64,000 nt of DNA from Gammaproteobacteria bacterium (lineage in GTDB: Bacteria > Pseudomonadota > Gammaproteobacteria > SZUA-229). The notes under the pieces were generated by a model that was not told where the DNA came from, did not search any database, and was given only the letters and a program-made list of their open reading frames with translations. Positions 20,038 through 30,962 of this stretch are shown here, in pieces (the stretch's first letter is position 1; every line of letters starts with the position of its first letter). A program made the translations under genes and the position numbers. Location: the NCBI GenBank assembly GCA_026195895.1, contig JAPHRO010000033.1, positions 6,739 to 70,738 on the forward strand. Direction: 5' to 3'.

Positions 20038-21792
20038 TTAAGGTGACTGGTTCGCCTTCTGTCTAAGGCATTCCCTGAGTTCTTCTTTTTCTTGCTCAGT
20101 AATATTCTCCTTATTAAGCAGGGTCTCGGTTCTCTGGTCAATATGCTGTTTTTGCAGGCCTTCAATAGAATCTTTAAATTGCTTTAGCCGATTTTGTTCG
20201 TCGCTTTTGGGTATATCCCATTGCATCAACTGCGTCAGCGCGTTTTCATCGGGGCTGCCGCGCCAACGTTCCAGCAGGACGGAAGGGGATATGTTTTCGG
20301 TTTGTACAATGGTCTGGTGCAGTTTGAATAGCAGTGGTAGTCCGGGTATGTCGGCTGAATGCAGGGCTTCAGGTAATGCAGCCTGCTGGGCTATTTCCGG
20401 ATGTTGTAGTAGCAGCGCAACGGCTAAACGGGTATGAGTGCGTTGAATTTTATGGCGCGGCTGCGGGCGCGTTTGTTGTTGTGATTGAGGGGGTGCTGGA
20501 TTACCCGATGGCATATGCTGCTGCAGAAGCCGGCTGGACAGACCGATGCGTTTTGACAGTTGCTCCAGTAGCAAATCCTTGAATACGCCATCGGCGATTT
20601 TTGCGATCAGCGGCCTGGCCAGTTCAGATAGCCGGGCGCGGCCATCCATCGAACTCAGGTCCACCTGTTCGGCCAGGTGATCGAGCATGAAATCAGACAG
20701 GGGCGTGGCACTGTGTAGTCGTTGTTCAAACTGTTGCTGGCCTTCCTTTCTAATCAGCGTATCGGGATCTTCGCCGTCGGGGAGAAATAAAAACCGGGCC
20801 TGTACGCCATCGCGCAGCACTGGCAGGGCATTTTCCAGTGCCCGCCAGGCGGCTTTCTGGCCGGCCGCATCACCATCAAAACAGAAAATAATTTCCGGTA
20901 CGATTCGAAACAGTTTTGATATTTGATCCTGTGAAGTGGCCGTGCCCAGAGTAGCGACCGCATAAGGGATGCCGTGTTGCGCCAGGGCCACCACATCCAT
21001 ATAGCCTTCTACAATGACAATGTGTTTAAGATCGCGTACCGCCTGGCGGGCTTCAAACAGGCCGTACAGTTCCTGGCCTTTGTGGAATACCGGGGTTTCT
21101 GGCGAGTTCAGGTATTTGGGTTCGCCCTGATCGAGGATGCGTCCGCCAAAGCCGATGACCCGGCCGCGGCGATCACGAATCGGGAACATGATGCGATCAC
21201 GAAAACGGTCATAATATTTGCTGGCGGTTTTTTCAATTAACAGGCCGGCTTTCAATAATGTCGTACGGGTTTCTGCCGTTGTGCCGAGCTGGTTCAAGAT
21301 ATAATCCCAGCTATCGGGGGCATAGCCGAGCTCAAAGGTTTTGGCAATTTCACCACTCAGCCCGCGCCCCTTCAAATAGTCGATGGCTTTCTGTGACGGC
21401 TTTAGCTGCTGTTCAAACAGCTTTGATGCTTTTTGCAACACATCGAAAATGGCGGTTTTATCTTCCTGCTGCTGGGGATTAAAGCCACCGTCTTCGCGCG
21501 GCACTTCCAGATGATAGTCGGCCGCCAGTGCTTCAACGGCGTCAACAAAATCCAGTCGTTCGTATTCCATGATAAAACCGAGGGCGGTGCCATGCGCGCC
21601 ACAGCCGAAACAGTGATAAAACTGTTTGTTCTGACTGACCGTAAATGAAGGGGATTTTTCGTTATGGAATGGGCAGCAGGCGACATATTCCTTGCCGCGT
21701 TTTTTTAACGCGACGCGCGAATCGACGACGTCGACGATATCGACCCGGTTGATCAGGTCATCGATAAATTGTTGGGGAATGCGGCCAGCCAT
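20038..21792 (-). CDS. dnaG: DNA primase
   Basis: MAGRIPQQFID; zinc finger CPFH...CFGC; KYLNSPET; TOPRIM motifs VEGYMDV and FDGDAAG. Confidence 0.98.
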   Translation of the reverse strand: MAGRIPQQFIDDLINRVDIVDVVDSRVALKKRGKEYVACCPFHNEKSPSFTVSQNKQFYHCFGCGAHGTALGFIMEYERLDFVDAVEALAADYHLEVPREDGGFNPQQQEDKTAIFDVLQKASKLFEQQLKPSQKAIDYLKGRGLSGEIAKTFELGYAPDSWDYILNQLGTTAETRTTLLKAGLLIEKTASKYYDRFRDRIMFPIRDRRGRVIGFGGRILDQGEPKYLNSPETPVFHKGQELYGLFEARQAVRDLKHIVIVEGYMDVVALAQHGIPYAVATLGTATSQDQISKLFRIVPEIIFCFDGDAAGQKAAWRALENALPVLRDGVQARFLFLPDGEDPDTLIRKEGQQQFEQRLHSATPLSDFMLDHLAEQVDLSSMDGRARLSELARPLIAKIADGVFKDLLLEQLSKRIGLSSRLLQQHMPSGNPAPPQSQQQTRPQPRHKIQRTHTRLAVALLLQHPEIAQQAALPEALHSADIPGLPLLFKLHQTIVQTENISPSVLLERWRGSPDENALTQLMQWDIPKSDEQNRLKQFKDSIEGLQKQHIDQRTETLLNKENITEQEKEELRECLRQKANQSP

Positions 21793-21836
21793 GGCTTAGA
21801 TTGTGCCACAACAGGCATCAGAGATTTGAACTAACA

Positions 21837-21880
21837 ACGTGAAGAGGCAAAGAAAAATTAATTGCCTTGCGTCTTCACGT
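21837..21880. repeat. Imperfect 16-bp inverted repeat (REP/MITE-like) between gltB and dnaG
   Basis: ACGTGAAGAGGCAAAG ... CCTTGCGTCTTCACGT, 14 of 16 positions complementary. Confidence 0.6.
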
Positions 21881-21892
21881 GCTCGCGTCAAA

Positions 21893-24800
21893 TTAAGCCG
21901 CTTCCAGCAGTGCGTCCAGCAGTGATTCAAGATCCGCTGCCTTGGGTTTGACCAGCCAGAAATCACAGATAAAGGTTTCGAAGTTATCCAGAATTTGCTG
22001 ACCCCAGGCGCTACCGGTTTCTGCGACATAATCACTAATGATATTCCGCAGGTATTCACGGTGCGGCTCCATCAGTTCGGTATTCAAACGATGAATGTCC
22101 AGCAGTTCATGGTTATAGCGATCAACGAAGTTTTTCTCCTGATCCAGTACAAAGCCAAAACCACCGGTCATACCCGCGCCGAAGTTAATACCGGTTTTGC
22201 CCAGTACGGTGATAACGCCGCCGGTCATGTATTCGCAACCGTGATCACCAACACCTTCGACGACGGCTTTGGCGCCGGAGTTGCGTACGCCGAAACGTTC
22301 GCCCGCCAGACCCGCCGCATAGAGCGTGCCGCCGGTGGCACCATACAGGCAGGTATTGCCGATGATGGTCGATTCATTGGTTTTGAACGCGCTGCCCTGT
22401 GGTGGGGTGATGGTGATCTTGCCGCCGGTCATGCCTTTACAGACGTAATCATTGGCGTCACCTTGCAGATGCATTTCCAGACCGCCCGCATTCCACACGC
22501 CGAAACTCTGGCCACAGGTGCCTTTCAGTTTCAGTTTGATGGGGTTGTCTGCCATGCCCTGATTGCCGTGACGTTTGGCTATTTCACCGGACAGGCGTGC
22601 ACCAATGGAGCGATCGGTGTTGCGCACTTCATAGCTGAATTCACCACCGGATCTGGTTTCGATAGCGTTCATCGCATCGGCGACCATTTTTTCCGCCAGT
22701 TCGGCTTTATCGAACGGTTCATTGTGGGGCTCAACACAGAACTGGGCTTTATCTGCGGGAACACCGCCGTCAGATAGAATCTGCGATAAATCCAGTTTCG
22801 CCTGCTTGCTGGTGGCACCAGGCAGTACCTTGAGTAGATCCGTGCGGCCAATCAGGTCTTCCAGTCTGGCAATACCCAGTTTGGCCAGCCATTCACGGAT
22901 TTCCATGCCGATGAAACGGAAGTAGTTCATAACCATTTCCGCTTCACCAATGAAGTGCTCCATACGCAGCACTTTGTGTTGCGTGGCGATACCAGTCGCG
23001 CAGTTGTTCAGATGACAGATGCGCAGGTATTTACAGCCCAGTGCTACCATTGGGCCGGTACCGAAGCCGAAGCTTTCTGCACCCATGATGGCAGCCTTGA
23101 TGACGTCCAGCCCAGTCTTCAGGCCGCCGTCCGTTTGCAGGCGAACCTTATCGCGCAGATCATTGGCGCGCAGTGTCTGGTGGGTTTCGGTCAAGCCCAG
23201 CTCCCAGGGCGAGCCGGCATAACGAACTGAGGTGAGTGGGCTTGCGCCAGTACCGCCGTCATAGCCGGAAATGGTGATCAGGTCGGCATAGGCTTTGGCT
23301 ACGCCCGCGGCAATCGTGCCAACGCCGGCTTCCGCCACCAGTTTCACCGAGACCAGCGCACTGGGGTTAACCTGTTTCAGATCGAAAATGAGCTGGGCCA
23401 GATCTTCAATAGAATAGATATCGTGATGCGGTGGCGGTGAAATCAGTGCCACCCCCGGTGTTGCATAACGCAGGGTCGCGATCATCTTGTCGACTTTGTG
23501 ACCGGGTAACTGACCGCCTTCACCTGGCTTGGCGCCCTGGGCTACCTTGATCTGCAGTACTTCAGCGTTAACCAGATAATGCGGTGTAACCCCGAAGCGG
23601 CCGGAAGCAACCTGCTTGATTTTCGACATTTTATCGGTATTGAAGCGAACCGGGTCTTCACCGCCTTCACCCGAATTCGAACGACCACCCAGACGATTCA
23701 TCGCCTGGGCCAGAGCTTCGTGGGCTTCTGGCGACAGAGCGCCCAGTGACATGGCGGCTGAATCGAAGCGTTTGAAAATATTTTCCAGTGGTTCTACATC
23801 ATTGATATCGATGGCTTGAGTGTCGCCTTTGAGCTGGAACATATCACGCAAGGCAGCGGCAGGGCGCTCGTTGACGTGTCTGGCATAGACCAGGTAATCA
23901 TCATAGCTGCCAGAGCGCACGGCTGTATGCAGGCTGTTGACCACGTCCGGATTGTAAGTGTGGTATTCACCGCCATGGACATATTTCAGCAGGCCGCCAT
24001 GGGATATTTTCTTGCGGTTATCAAATGCCAGTTCGGTCAGCGCGCGGGTATCGGTTTCGAGTTCTGCAAAACCGGTGCCCTGTACCCGTGAGGTGGTGTC
24101 TTTGAAACACAGGCTAACCACTTCATCATGCAGGCCAACGATTTCAAATAACTGAGCGCCACGGTAGGAGGCGATGGTCGAAATACCCATTTTTGAAGTG
24201 ATCTTGAACAGGCCTTTATTGATGCCTTTACGGTAATTTTCACCTAGCAGCTGGATGTCCGTTTCTTTGATTTCACCCGAGTTCACCAGGTCGACCAGCA
24301 CTTCATAAGCCAGGTAAGGATAGATGGCCGTTGCGCCGTAACCGAGCAATACGGCGAAGTTGTGCGGATCACGTGCTGTGGCAGTTTCTACAATAATATT
24401 GGCATCGCAGCGCAGGCCTTCTTCAATCAGGCGATGATGCACGGCACCGGTGGCCAGCAGGGCATGGACCACCAGTCTATCTTTGGCGATATTGCGATCT
24501 GATAATACCAGTACCACCTTGCCGCCCTTGATAGCATTAGCCGCCTGCTCGGTGATTTTATCCAGCGCGGTTTTAATATCGATGCTGCCGTCGAAACACA
24601 GATCAATGATCTCGTGACCATAGTGATCGCCATCCAGGCTCAGCAGCTTACGGAATTTGCCTTCCGATAAAACAGGTGAGCTGATCACCAGGCGATTGGC
24701 GTGATCTTCGGTCTCCTTGAATAGATTACGTTCGCGGCCCAGACAGGTTTCCAGTGACATAACCACCGCTTCACGAATCGGGTCGATTGGCGGATTGGTG

Positions 24801-26359
24801 ACCTGGGCAAATTGCTGGCGGAAATAATCGAACAATGAACGCTGTTGTGTTGACAGTACCGGGAAGGGCGTGTCATCCCCCATGGAGCCGATAGCTTCCT
24901 GACCGGCTTCGGCCAGGACCCGGATAACCTGATCCCGTTCTTCGAAGCTGACCAGGAACTGTTTTTCAAAAGTATTCAGGGTGGACTCATCCATGGGTTC
25001 GGTGGACAGGGGTTCACCTTCCAGGGCTGATACCAGATGGCAGCAGTTTTTGGCCAGCCATTTACCATAGGGTTGAGCAGATTTTAGCCGGTTGTCGATA
25101 TCTTCCGGTAGCAGCAGTTTGCCGGTTTCGGTATCGGCAGCAATCATCTCACCGGGTTTCAGGCGGCCTTTGGCAACCACATCTTCAGGCTGGTAATCGT
25201 AAACGCCGATTTCAGAAGCCAGAGTAATATGGCGATCTTTAGTGATGACATAACGCGCCGGGCGTAAGCCGTTGCGATCCATGGCGCAGCAGGCGTGGCG
25301 ACCATCGGTGAGTACAATACCGGCCGGGCCATCCCAGGGCTCCATATGCATGGAGTTGTATTCATAAAAGGCACGCAGCTCAGGGTCGAGGTGCTCCACA
25401 TTTTGCCAGGCGGGCGGCACCAGCAAACGCATGGCGCGGAATACATTCACGCCACCGGCAAGCAGGGCTTCCAGCATGTTATCCATGGAGCTGGAATCTG
25501 AGCCTGACATATTCACCAGTGGACGTAAGGAATCCATCTCCGGCAGCAAATCACTTTTAAATTTGAAGGCGCGTGCCTGGGCCCAGTTGCGGTTGCCCTG
25601 TACGGTGTTGATTTCACCATTATGGGCCAGATAGCGGAATGGCTGGGCGAGACGCCATTGTGGCCAGGTATTGGTGGAGAAACGCTGATGGAAGACGCAC
25701 AGTGAGGTTTCAAATTTTTCGTCGTTCAGGTCTTTATAGAAAACCGGCAGGTTTTCCGGCATCACCAGACCCTTGTAAGACATCAAACGAGTCGACAGGC
25801 TGGGGATATAGAACATGTCGTCCGATGATTCGATGGCAATTTCAGTGCGACGACGCGCGACATACAGCTTGCGCTCCATTTCATCCTGATCCATGCCATC
25901 AGCGGCATTAATAAAAATCTGCTGGATATCGGGCAGGGTGCGCAGCGATTCTTCACCACAGGCTTCTGGATTAACCGGTACTTCACGCCAGCCGGCGATA
26001 TGCAGTCCCAGCAGTGACAACTGACTGGCCAGTTCTTTTTTGGCAGCATCAGCCAGTGCAGCATCGGTATTCAGGAATACCAGGCTGGAGGCATAGATAT
26101 CGTCCAGGTCGATGCCGGCTTCAGCAGCAACGTTACGGCAGAATGAGTCCGGCTTTTTAATCAGCAGGCCACAGCCGTCGCCAGATTTACCGTCGGCGGC
26201 GATGGCGCCGCGGTGAGTCAGGCGGGCCAGGGCGTGGATTGCGGTATTCAGCAGCCAGTGACTGGGCTTGTTGTCCATCTGGGCAATCAGGCCAAAACCA
26301 CAGGAATCTTTTTCAAAAGCCGAATTGTACAGTCCAGAAGTTGGAATTCTGTTGCTCAT
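21893..26359 (-). CDS. gltB: Glutamate synthase large subunit
   Basis: EKDSCGFG N-terminal nucleophile Cys, [25 protein letters not shown] and CHLNNCATG. Confidence 0.98.
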   Translation of the reverse strand: MSNRIPTSGLYNSAFEKDSCGFGLIAQMDNKPSHWLLNTAIHALARLTHRGAIAADGKSGDGCGLLIKKPDSFCRNVAAEAGIDLDDIYASSLVFLNTDAALADAAKKELASQLSLLGLHIAGWREVPVNPEACGEESLRTLPDIQQIFINAADGMDQDEMERKLYVARRRTEIAIESSDDMFYIPSLSTRLMSYKGLVMPENLPVFYKDLNDEKFETSLCVFHQRFSTNTWPQWRLAQPFRYLAHNGEINTVQGNRNWAQARAFKFKSDLLPEMDSLRPLVNMSGSDSSSMDNMLEALLAGGVNVFRAMRLLVPPAWQNVEHLDPELRAFYEYNSMHMEPWDGPAGIVLTDGRHACCAMDRNGLRPARYVITKDRHITLASEIGVYDYQPEDVVAKGRLKPGEMIAADTETGKLLLPEDIDNRLKSAQPYGKWLAKNCCHLVSALEGEPLSTEPMDESTLNTFEKQFLVSFEERDQVIRVLAEAGQEAIGSMGDDTPFPVLSTQQRSLFDYFRQQFAQVTNPPIDPIREAVVMSLETCLGRERNLFKETEDHANRLVISSPVLSEGKFRKLLSLDGDHYGHEIIDLCFDGSIDIKTALDKITEQAANAIKGGKVVLVLSDRNIAKDRLVVHALLATGAVHHRLIEEGLRCDANIIVETATARDPHNFAVLLGYGATAIYPYLAYEVLVDLVNSGEIKETDIQLLGENYRKGINKGLFKITSKMGISTIASYRGAQLFEIVGLHDEVVSLCFKDTTSRVQGTGFAELETDTRALTELAFDNRKKISHGGLLKYVHGGEYHTYNPDVVNSLHTAVRSGSYDDYLVYARHVNERPAAALRDMFQLKGDTQAIDINDVEPLENIFKRFDSAAMSLGALSPEAHEALAQAMNRLGGRSNSGEGGEDPVRFNTDKMSKIKQVASGRFGVTPHYLVNAEVLQIKVAQGAKPGEGGQLPGHKVDKMIATLRYATPGVALISPPPHHDIYSIEDLAQLIFDLKQVNPSALVSVKLVAEAGVGTIAAGVAKAYADLITISGYDGGTGASPLTSVRYAGSPWELGLTETHQTLRANDLRDKVRLQTDGGLKTGLDVIKAAIMGAESFGFGTGPMVALGCKYLRICHLNNCATGIATQHKVLRMEHFIGEAEMVMNYFRFIGMEIREWLAKLGIARLEDLIGRTDLLKVLPGATSKQAKLDLSQILSDGGVPADKAQFCVEPHNEPFDKAELAEKMVADAMNAIETRSGGEFSYEVRNTDRSIGARLSGEIAKRHGNQGMADNPIKLKLKGTCGQSFGVWNAGGLEMHLQGDANDYVCKGMTGGKITITPPQGSAFKTNESTIIGNTCLYGATGGTLYAAGLAGERFGVRNSGAKAVVEGVGDHGCEYMTGGVITVLGKTGINFGAGMTGGFGFVLDQEKNFVDRYNHELLDIHRLNTELMEPHREYLRNIISDYVAETGSAWGQQILDNFETFICDFWLVKPKAADLESLLDALLEAA

Positions 26360-26472
26360 AAAGTCGTACCGTAACGAAATATTTGGATCATTAAGACGGG
26401 TTTCTACCCGGCAAAAGGGCAGAAATTTTACCCTCTTGAGCAGGTATGTTCAACAACGGTGAAGCAAGGGTA

Positions 26473-28095
26473 TTATTTTCCAGCCACTTTGTGTATCGAG
26501 GCGATGCTTTTTACCCAGGGTCTGGCTTTTTGCAGGTCTGCCGGAAGGCGCGTAATCGATTGGCGGGCGATGTCGCGATCGGTATAAATACGATGCACCA
26601 GAACATACCAGGGTTTGCCTTTCAGCCATGTTTTGTACCAGGCACTGTCCTGGCCTAACTTGTGACGTTTGGCGAATTTAACTAGGGTCGCGGGATCGCG
26701 GGCACCGAGAATTTGTAAAGTCCAGTTTTTAGCGTCCTGTTTTTTTAGCCAGTTGACGTCATGCACACCCAGTGCTGATAGTGCCGCCAGAGCCGGGTCT
26801 TCTGCGACTGCCGTATTTTTTATCGGTTGGACCGGTTCAGGTTTGATAATCGATGCTGGCGCTGGTTTCACCGGTATCGGTTCCGGGGCGACTGTGTCTT
26901 CTAGTACCGGAGCTGGTTTTTCTTTCTGTTCGGTTAGCGTTATTGGTTGCGGCGCTGCTGGAACGGGTGGCGATGCGGGTTTTTCAATTTCTGCTTGCGT
27001 AGCTGTCTGAATGGTTTCAGCTATTGTTTCTTTAACAGGATCACTTGCTGGTTGTTCGACTGTCGGAGTCGTATTTTCTGCAGAGTTGATTGTTTCAATA
27101 GTTTCATTTGCGCTAGCAATTGGCTCGGCTGCATTTGTGTCTTCTATGACGGTTTGCTCGATAATGGGCGTATGTTTTTCCTGTATGATTTCCGGCGGTT
27201 GAAAAGCCTGCTGTTCGGCGGTTTGAAAAAACGTAAATGCCATATAACCGAGAGCAGCGAGTACAAGCAGTACAGTAACAATGACCAGCACTAATTTAGC
27301 GGATAACCGATTCGAGCCTGTTTTCTTTCTGGTCAGGCGTTCGAGATAATTGACGGCAACAGCCATTATGTCGGCAGGGGTGCCGGTTGTTTTCTTGAAT
27401 ATGGCCTGGACGCTGTCGCTATTCAGTATGGGTTCTTTTGCATATCCCGCTAAAATTAATTTGTGATTAATAAAAGCATTTATCTGCTTGGGTGTGTATG
27501 CCGGTAATTCCAGTAGATATCGCTGATTGGCCTGAATGTCCGTTATTTGTTCAAGCGTTCTGGTCATGCCGGTGTTGGCCAGCAATAAAATCTTTAATTT
27601 AGTTTCATGCTCGATTTCGAGCTGTTTCTGGTAGCGGATCAGTTCCTGCAGGGTTGTGTCGCTCAATATATGGGCGTCGTCAATAATGATAACCGGTGTC
27701 TGATCGAAAACCTGTAAATGCTTTAGATTGTCCTCTAGATGATTGGCATCGCCCTGATCCTGAAGATGAATGGAAATTTTTTGTTGAATCTGAACCAGGG
27801 TATCGTTTGCTTCGGCGTGAATAGATAATAATTTTAAGTTCGGAACTTCATCCTGGATAAGATGACGGAACATGGTGGTTTTGCCGCTGCCCAGATCACC
27901 CTCAATTATTAGAATCAGATCACTGAACTGTAAATGATGTTTGATGGTTTCAAATAACTGGTCGAGACTGGCATCGGTGAAAATCGCATCTGCCGATAAA
28001 ATGTTCGAAGTAAATGGTTGTTGCGATAGACCAAGAAATTCCAGAGCCTGGGGGCTTAGTGAAAGCGTGTCCTGATTATTTTGATTTTTTGCCAT
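26473..28095 (-). CDS. AAA ATPase-TM-SPOR domain protein (DamX/ExeA-like)
   Basis: Walker A GDLGSGKT; Walker B IIIDDAH; one TM helix; Pro/Glu-rich linker; C-terminal SPOR-like region (WTLQILG...KPWYVLV...ARPWVKS). Confidence 0.8.
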   Translation of the reverse strand: MAKNQNNQDTLSLSPQALEFLGLSQQPFTSNILSADAIFTDASLDQLFETIKHHLQFSDLILIIEGDLGSGKTTMFRHLIQDEVPNLKLLSIHAEANDTLVQIQQKISIHLQDQGDANHLEDNLKHLQVFDQTPVIIIDDAHILSDTTLQELIRYQKQLEIEHETKLKILLLANTGMTRTLEQITDIQANQRYLLELPAYTPKQINAFINHKLILAGYAKEPILNSDSVQAIFKKTTGTPADIMAVAVNYLERLTRKKTGSNRLSAKLVLVIVTVLLVLAALGYMAFTFFQTAEQQAFQPPEIIQEKHTPIIEQTVIEDTNAAEPIASANETIETINSAENTTPTVEQPASDPVKETIAETIQTATQAEIEKPASPPVPAAPQPITLTEQKEKPAPVLEDTVAPEPIPVKPAPASIIKPEPVQPIKNTAVAEDPALAALSALGVHDVNWLKKQDAKNWTLQILGARDPATLVKFAKRHKLGQDSAWYKTWLKGKPWYVLVHRIYTDRDIARQSITRLPADLQKARPWVKSIASIHKVAGK

Positions 28096-28112
28096 GGTCT
28101 ATATGAATCTTG

Positions 28113-29300
28113 TTATGGAATTAAATTAACAAATGATAGCTGCCGGGGATTAAAAATGCGCTCATATTCAACAATGGCATATCGATCGGTCATGCCGGCA
28201 ATATAATCCGCAATGCCTCGGGCTATACCTGTGTCGCCCATTTTTTCTTTCAGGTCATTACAGTGATGTTTGGCGTCGGGGGGTAAAATATTGACGTCAT
28301 CCATGAAGGCTTCAAATAATGCAGTCAGTACGTTCATCGCTTTTTTAGTCATGCGTGTTACGCGGTAATGACGATAGAGGTTTTCCCTTAGAAAACGTTT
28401 GAGCTCCAGGTTCTGTTGCTGCACGTCTTCACTAAAGCCAATGAGATAATGGGCTTGCTGTCTGGCTTCATCCGGGTGGCTTAAATTGAGCTGTAAAAGT
28501 TTTGCCTTACTCGTTTCAATCAGGTCCACCACCATACGATTGATCATACGACGAATGATTTCATGTATCTGTCGGCGTTCATTCAGGTCAGGATAGAGTT
28601 GTTTAACTTTATCATGTTGATCACGAAATAATTGCGTATCCAGTAACTGCTTTATGTTGATGAGACCGTAGCGAATGCCGTCATCAATGTCGTGATTATT
28701 ATAAGCAATTTCATCGGCGTGATCGCAGACCTGTGCCTCCAGACTGGGCTGGTTTTTTGCCAGGAAACGCTGCCCGAGTTCGCCCAGGTGTTTGGCGTCT
28801 TTGGCCGAGCAGTGCTTAAGAATGCCCTCTCTTGATTCATAAGTCAGGTTCAGGCCAGGGAATTCAGCATATTTTTCTTCCAGCTCATCGACCACACGCA
28901 GTGACTGCAAATTATGTTCAAAGCCACCGTATTTTTTCATGCAGTGATTTAATGCGTCCTGGCCTGCATGACCAAATGGTGCGTGACCCAGATCATGGGC
29001 AATGGCGATGGTTTCAGTTAAATCTTCATGTAGATTCAGTTCGCGAGAAATAGAGCGTGCGATCTGGGAAACTTCTAATGAATGAGTCAGCCGGGTTCTA
29101 AATAAATCGCCTTCATGATTCACAAATACCTGCGTTTTGTATTCTAATCGCCGGAAGGCTGCCGAGTGAATGATTCGGTCGCGGTCGCGTTGATACTGGT
29201 TACGATGAACAGGGTCAGCTTCAGCATGAATACGGCCTCGCGAGGTGCTTTCAGTGCACGCATAAGGCGCGAGATTTCTGGGATCATAACCACTGTGCAT
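28113..29300 (-). CDS. dgt: Deoxyguanosinetriphosphate triphosphohydrolase (HD family)
   Basis: RDRDRIIHSAAFRRLEYKTQVF, RTRLTHSLEV, AHDLGH and DYIAGMTD. Confidence 0.93.
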   Translation of the reverse strand: MHSGYDPRNLAPYACTESTSRGRIHAEADPVHRNQYQRDRDRIIHSAAFRRLEYKTQVFVNHEGDLFRTRLTHSLEVSQIARSISRELNLHEDLTETIAIAHDLGHAPFGHAGQDALNHCMKKYGGFEHNLQSLRVVDELEEKYAEFPGLNLTYESREGILKHCSAKDAKHLGELGQRFLAKNQPSLEAQVCDHADEIAYNNHDIDDGIRYGLINIKQLLDTQLFRDQHDKVKQLYPDLNERRQIHEIIRRMINRMVVDLIETSKAKLLQLNLSHPDEARQQAHYLIGFSEDVQQQNLELKRFLRENLYRHYRVTRMTKKAMNVLTALFEAFMDDVNILPPDAKHHCNDLKEKMGDTGIARGIADYIAGMTDRYAIVEYERIFNPRQLSFVNLIP

Positions 29301-29308
29301 GTTTCATC

Positions 29309-30385
29309 CTAATAGCTATCAGCAATAGTTTCCATTAATGCTTCCTGGGTGTAATCGCTGGTGACGACAGCCTTGCCAATATCTTTTAATAAAACCAGCT
29401 TCAGTACGCCATCGGAAACTTTTTTGTCTATGGCCATGAATTCCAGAAAACGTTTCGAAGTCATTTTCTCAGGCGCCTTAACCGGCAGGTTGGCGCGTTC
29501 AACAATATCGATAACTCTATCGACGTCTGTCGGTTTTATCCAGCCGAGTTTTTCAGACATGCGGGCAGCCATGACCATGCCGCTGGCCACGGCTTCACCA
29601 TGTAACCAGTTGCCGTAGCCCATACCTGTTTCAATGGCATGGCCAAATGTATGGCCAAGATTCAGCAGTGCGCGTTGGCCGGCTTCGGTTTCATCGGCGG
29701 CAACAACATCAGCCTTATTTTTGCAGCAGCGATCGATTGCGTAGGCAAGTGCGATAGTGTTTCGGCTAATCAGTTTGTCGATATTCTTTTCCAACCATTC
29801 AAGAAATTCGATATCCCGAATCAGGCCGTATTTGATAACTTCGGCAATGCCTGCGCTGAGTTCTCTATCTTCCAGGGTGTTTAATGTTTCCGTGTCAGCG
29901 ATGACAGCCCGCGGCTGGTAAAAGGCGCCGATCATATTTTTACCCAGTGGATGATTAACCGCAGTTTTACCGCCAACGGAAGAATCTACCTGGGAAAGCA
30001 GGGTGGTGGGAATTTGAATTAAATGTACGCCGCGTTGATAAGTGGCCGCCGCAAAACCGGTGATATCGCCAATCACGCCACCACCCAATGCGATAAGGGT
30101 TGTATTGCGATCAAACTGGTTGCTGAGCAGGCAATCATAAATCGTGTTGAGTGTTTCCTGGTTTTTGTATTTTTCACCATCGGGTAATACCAGGGTTTTG
30201 TATTTCAGGCCTGCGAGGGATTTTTCCACTTTATTCATGTACAGCGGGGCAACTGTTTCATTGCTGACAATAAGTGCACTGTTGCCTGGGATATGCTGGG
30301 TCAGTAATTCACTGCGATCCAGCAGGTTTTTTCCGATACAAATAGGGTAGCTCCGCTCACCCAGATTAACCTTTAAAGTGATCAT
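29309..30385 (-). CDS. aroB: 3-dehydroquinate synthase
   Basis: [25 protein letters not shown] and [12 protein letters not shown]. Confidence 0.98.
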   Translation of the reverse strand: MITLKVNLGERSYPICIGKNLLDRSELLTQHIPGNSALIVSNETVAPLYMNKVEKSLAGLKYKTLVLPDGEKYKNQETLNTIYDCLLSNQFDRNTTLIALGGGVIGDITGFAAATYQRGVHLIQIPTTLLSQVDSSVGGKTAVNHPLGKNMIGAFYQPRAVIADTETLNTLEDRELSAGIAEVIKYGLIRDIEFLEWLEKNIDKLISRNTIALAYAIDRCCKNKADVVAADETEAGQRALLNLGHTFGHAIETGMGYGNWLHGEAVASGMVMAARMSEKLGWIKPTDVDRVIDIVERANLPVKAPEKMTSKRFLEFMAIDKKVSDGVLKLVLLKDIGKAVVTSDYTQEALMETIADSY

Positions 30386-30921
30386 CTGTTGTTTTCGTTC
30401 TGATATGCTTTTAGTTTGTCAAGGATAACGGTTATTACCGATCGAATCGACTTTTCTCCGGTATTTATGATGATATCGGCAGTCTCTCGATATAAAGGTT
30501 CGCGGATTTTCATCAGTTCCCTGAGTTTAGCTGCGGGATCGGCTGTTTGCAGCAGGGGGCGGTTCTTGTCGTGTCGCGTACGATCGATGAGGTGCTTGAT
30601 ATCGCTATGCAGATAGATAACCGTACCCCGTTCTTTCAGGTGTTTGCGGTTTTCTGCACTGATAACCGCGCCACCACCCGTGGCCAGTACCAGGCCATTT
30701 TTCCGGGTCAGTTCATCAATAATTGATTCTTCACGCTTGCGAAAACCTGTTTCGCCTTCTTTCTCAAAGATTAACGGTATATCCGCACCCGTATGCTGTT
30801 CAATAGCATGGTCGCTATCCAGGAATTCCAGGTTAAGGCGTTTGGCAAGCTGGCGCCCCATGGTGGTTTTGCCTGCGCCCATAGGGCCGATAAGAAAGAT
30901 GTTTTTAGTGTGATTACCCAT
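30382..30921 (-). CDS. aroK: Shikimate kinase
   Basis: [14 protein letters not shown] and RPLL motifs. Confidence 0.97.
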   Translation of the reverse strand: MGNHTKNIFLIGPMGAGKTTMGRQLAKRLNLEFLDSDHAIEQHTGADIPLIFEKEGETGFRKREESIIDELTRKNGLVLATGGGAVISAENRKHLKERGTVIYLHSDIKHLIDRTRHDKNRPLLQTADPAAKLRELMKIREPLYRETADIIINTGEKSIRSVITVILDKLKAYQNENNR

Positions 30922-30962
30922 GACGGGCGATTGTATCGTGTTTATCTGGATTCACAAATAAT

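Noticed and set aside
21995-22777. 260-aa + strand ORF
   Set aside because: Lies wholly antisense within gltB; explained by codon bias.
28113-29300. dGTPase as an anti-phage defence gene
   Set aside because: It sits in the conserved aroB-dgt-SPOR housekeeping context with no defence-island neighbours.
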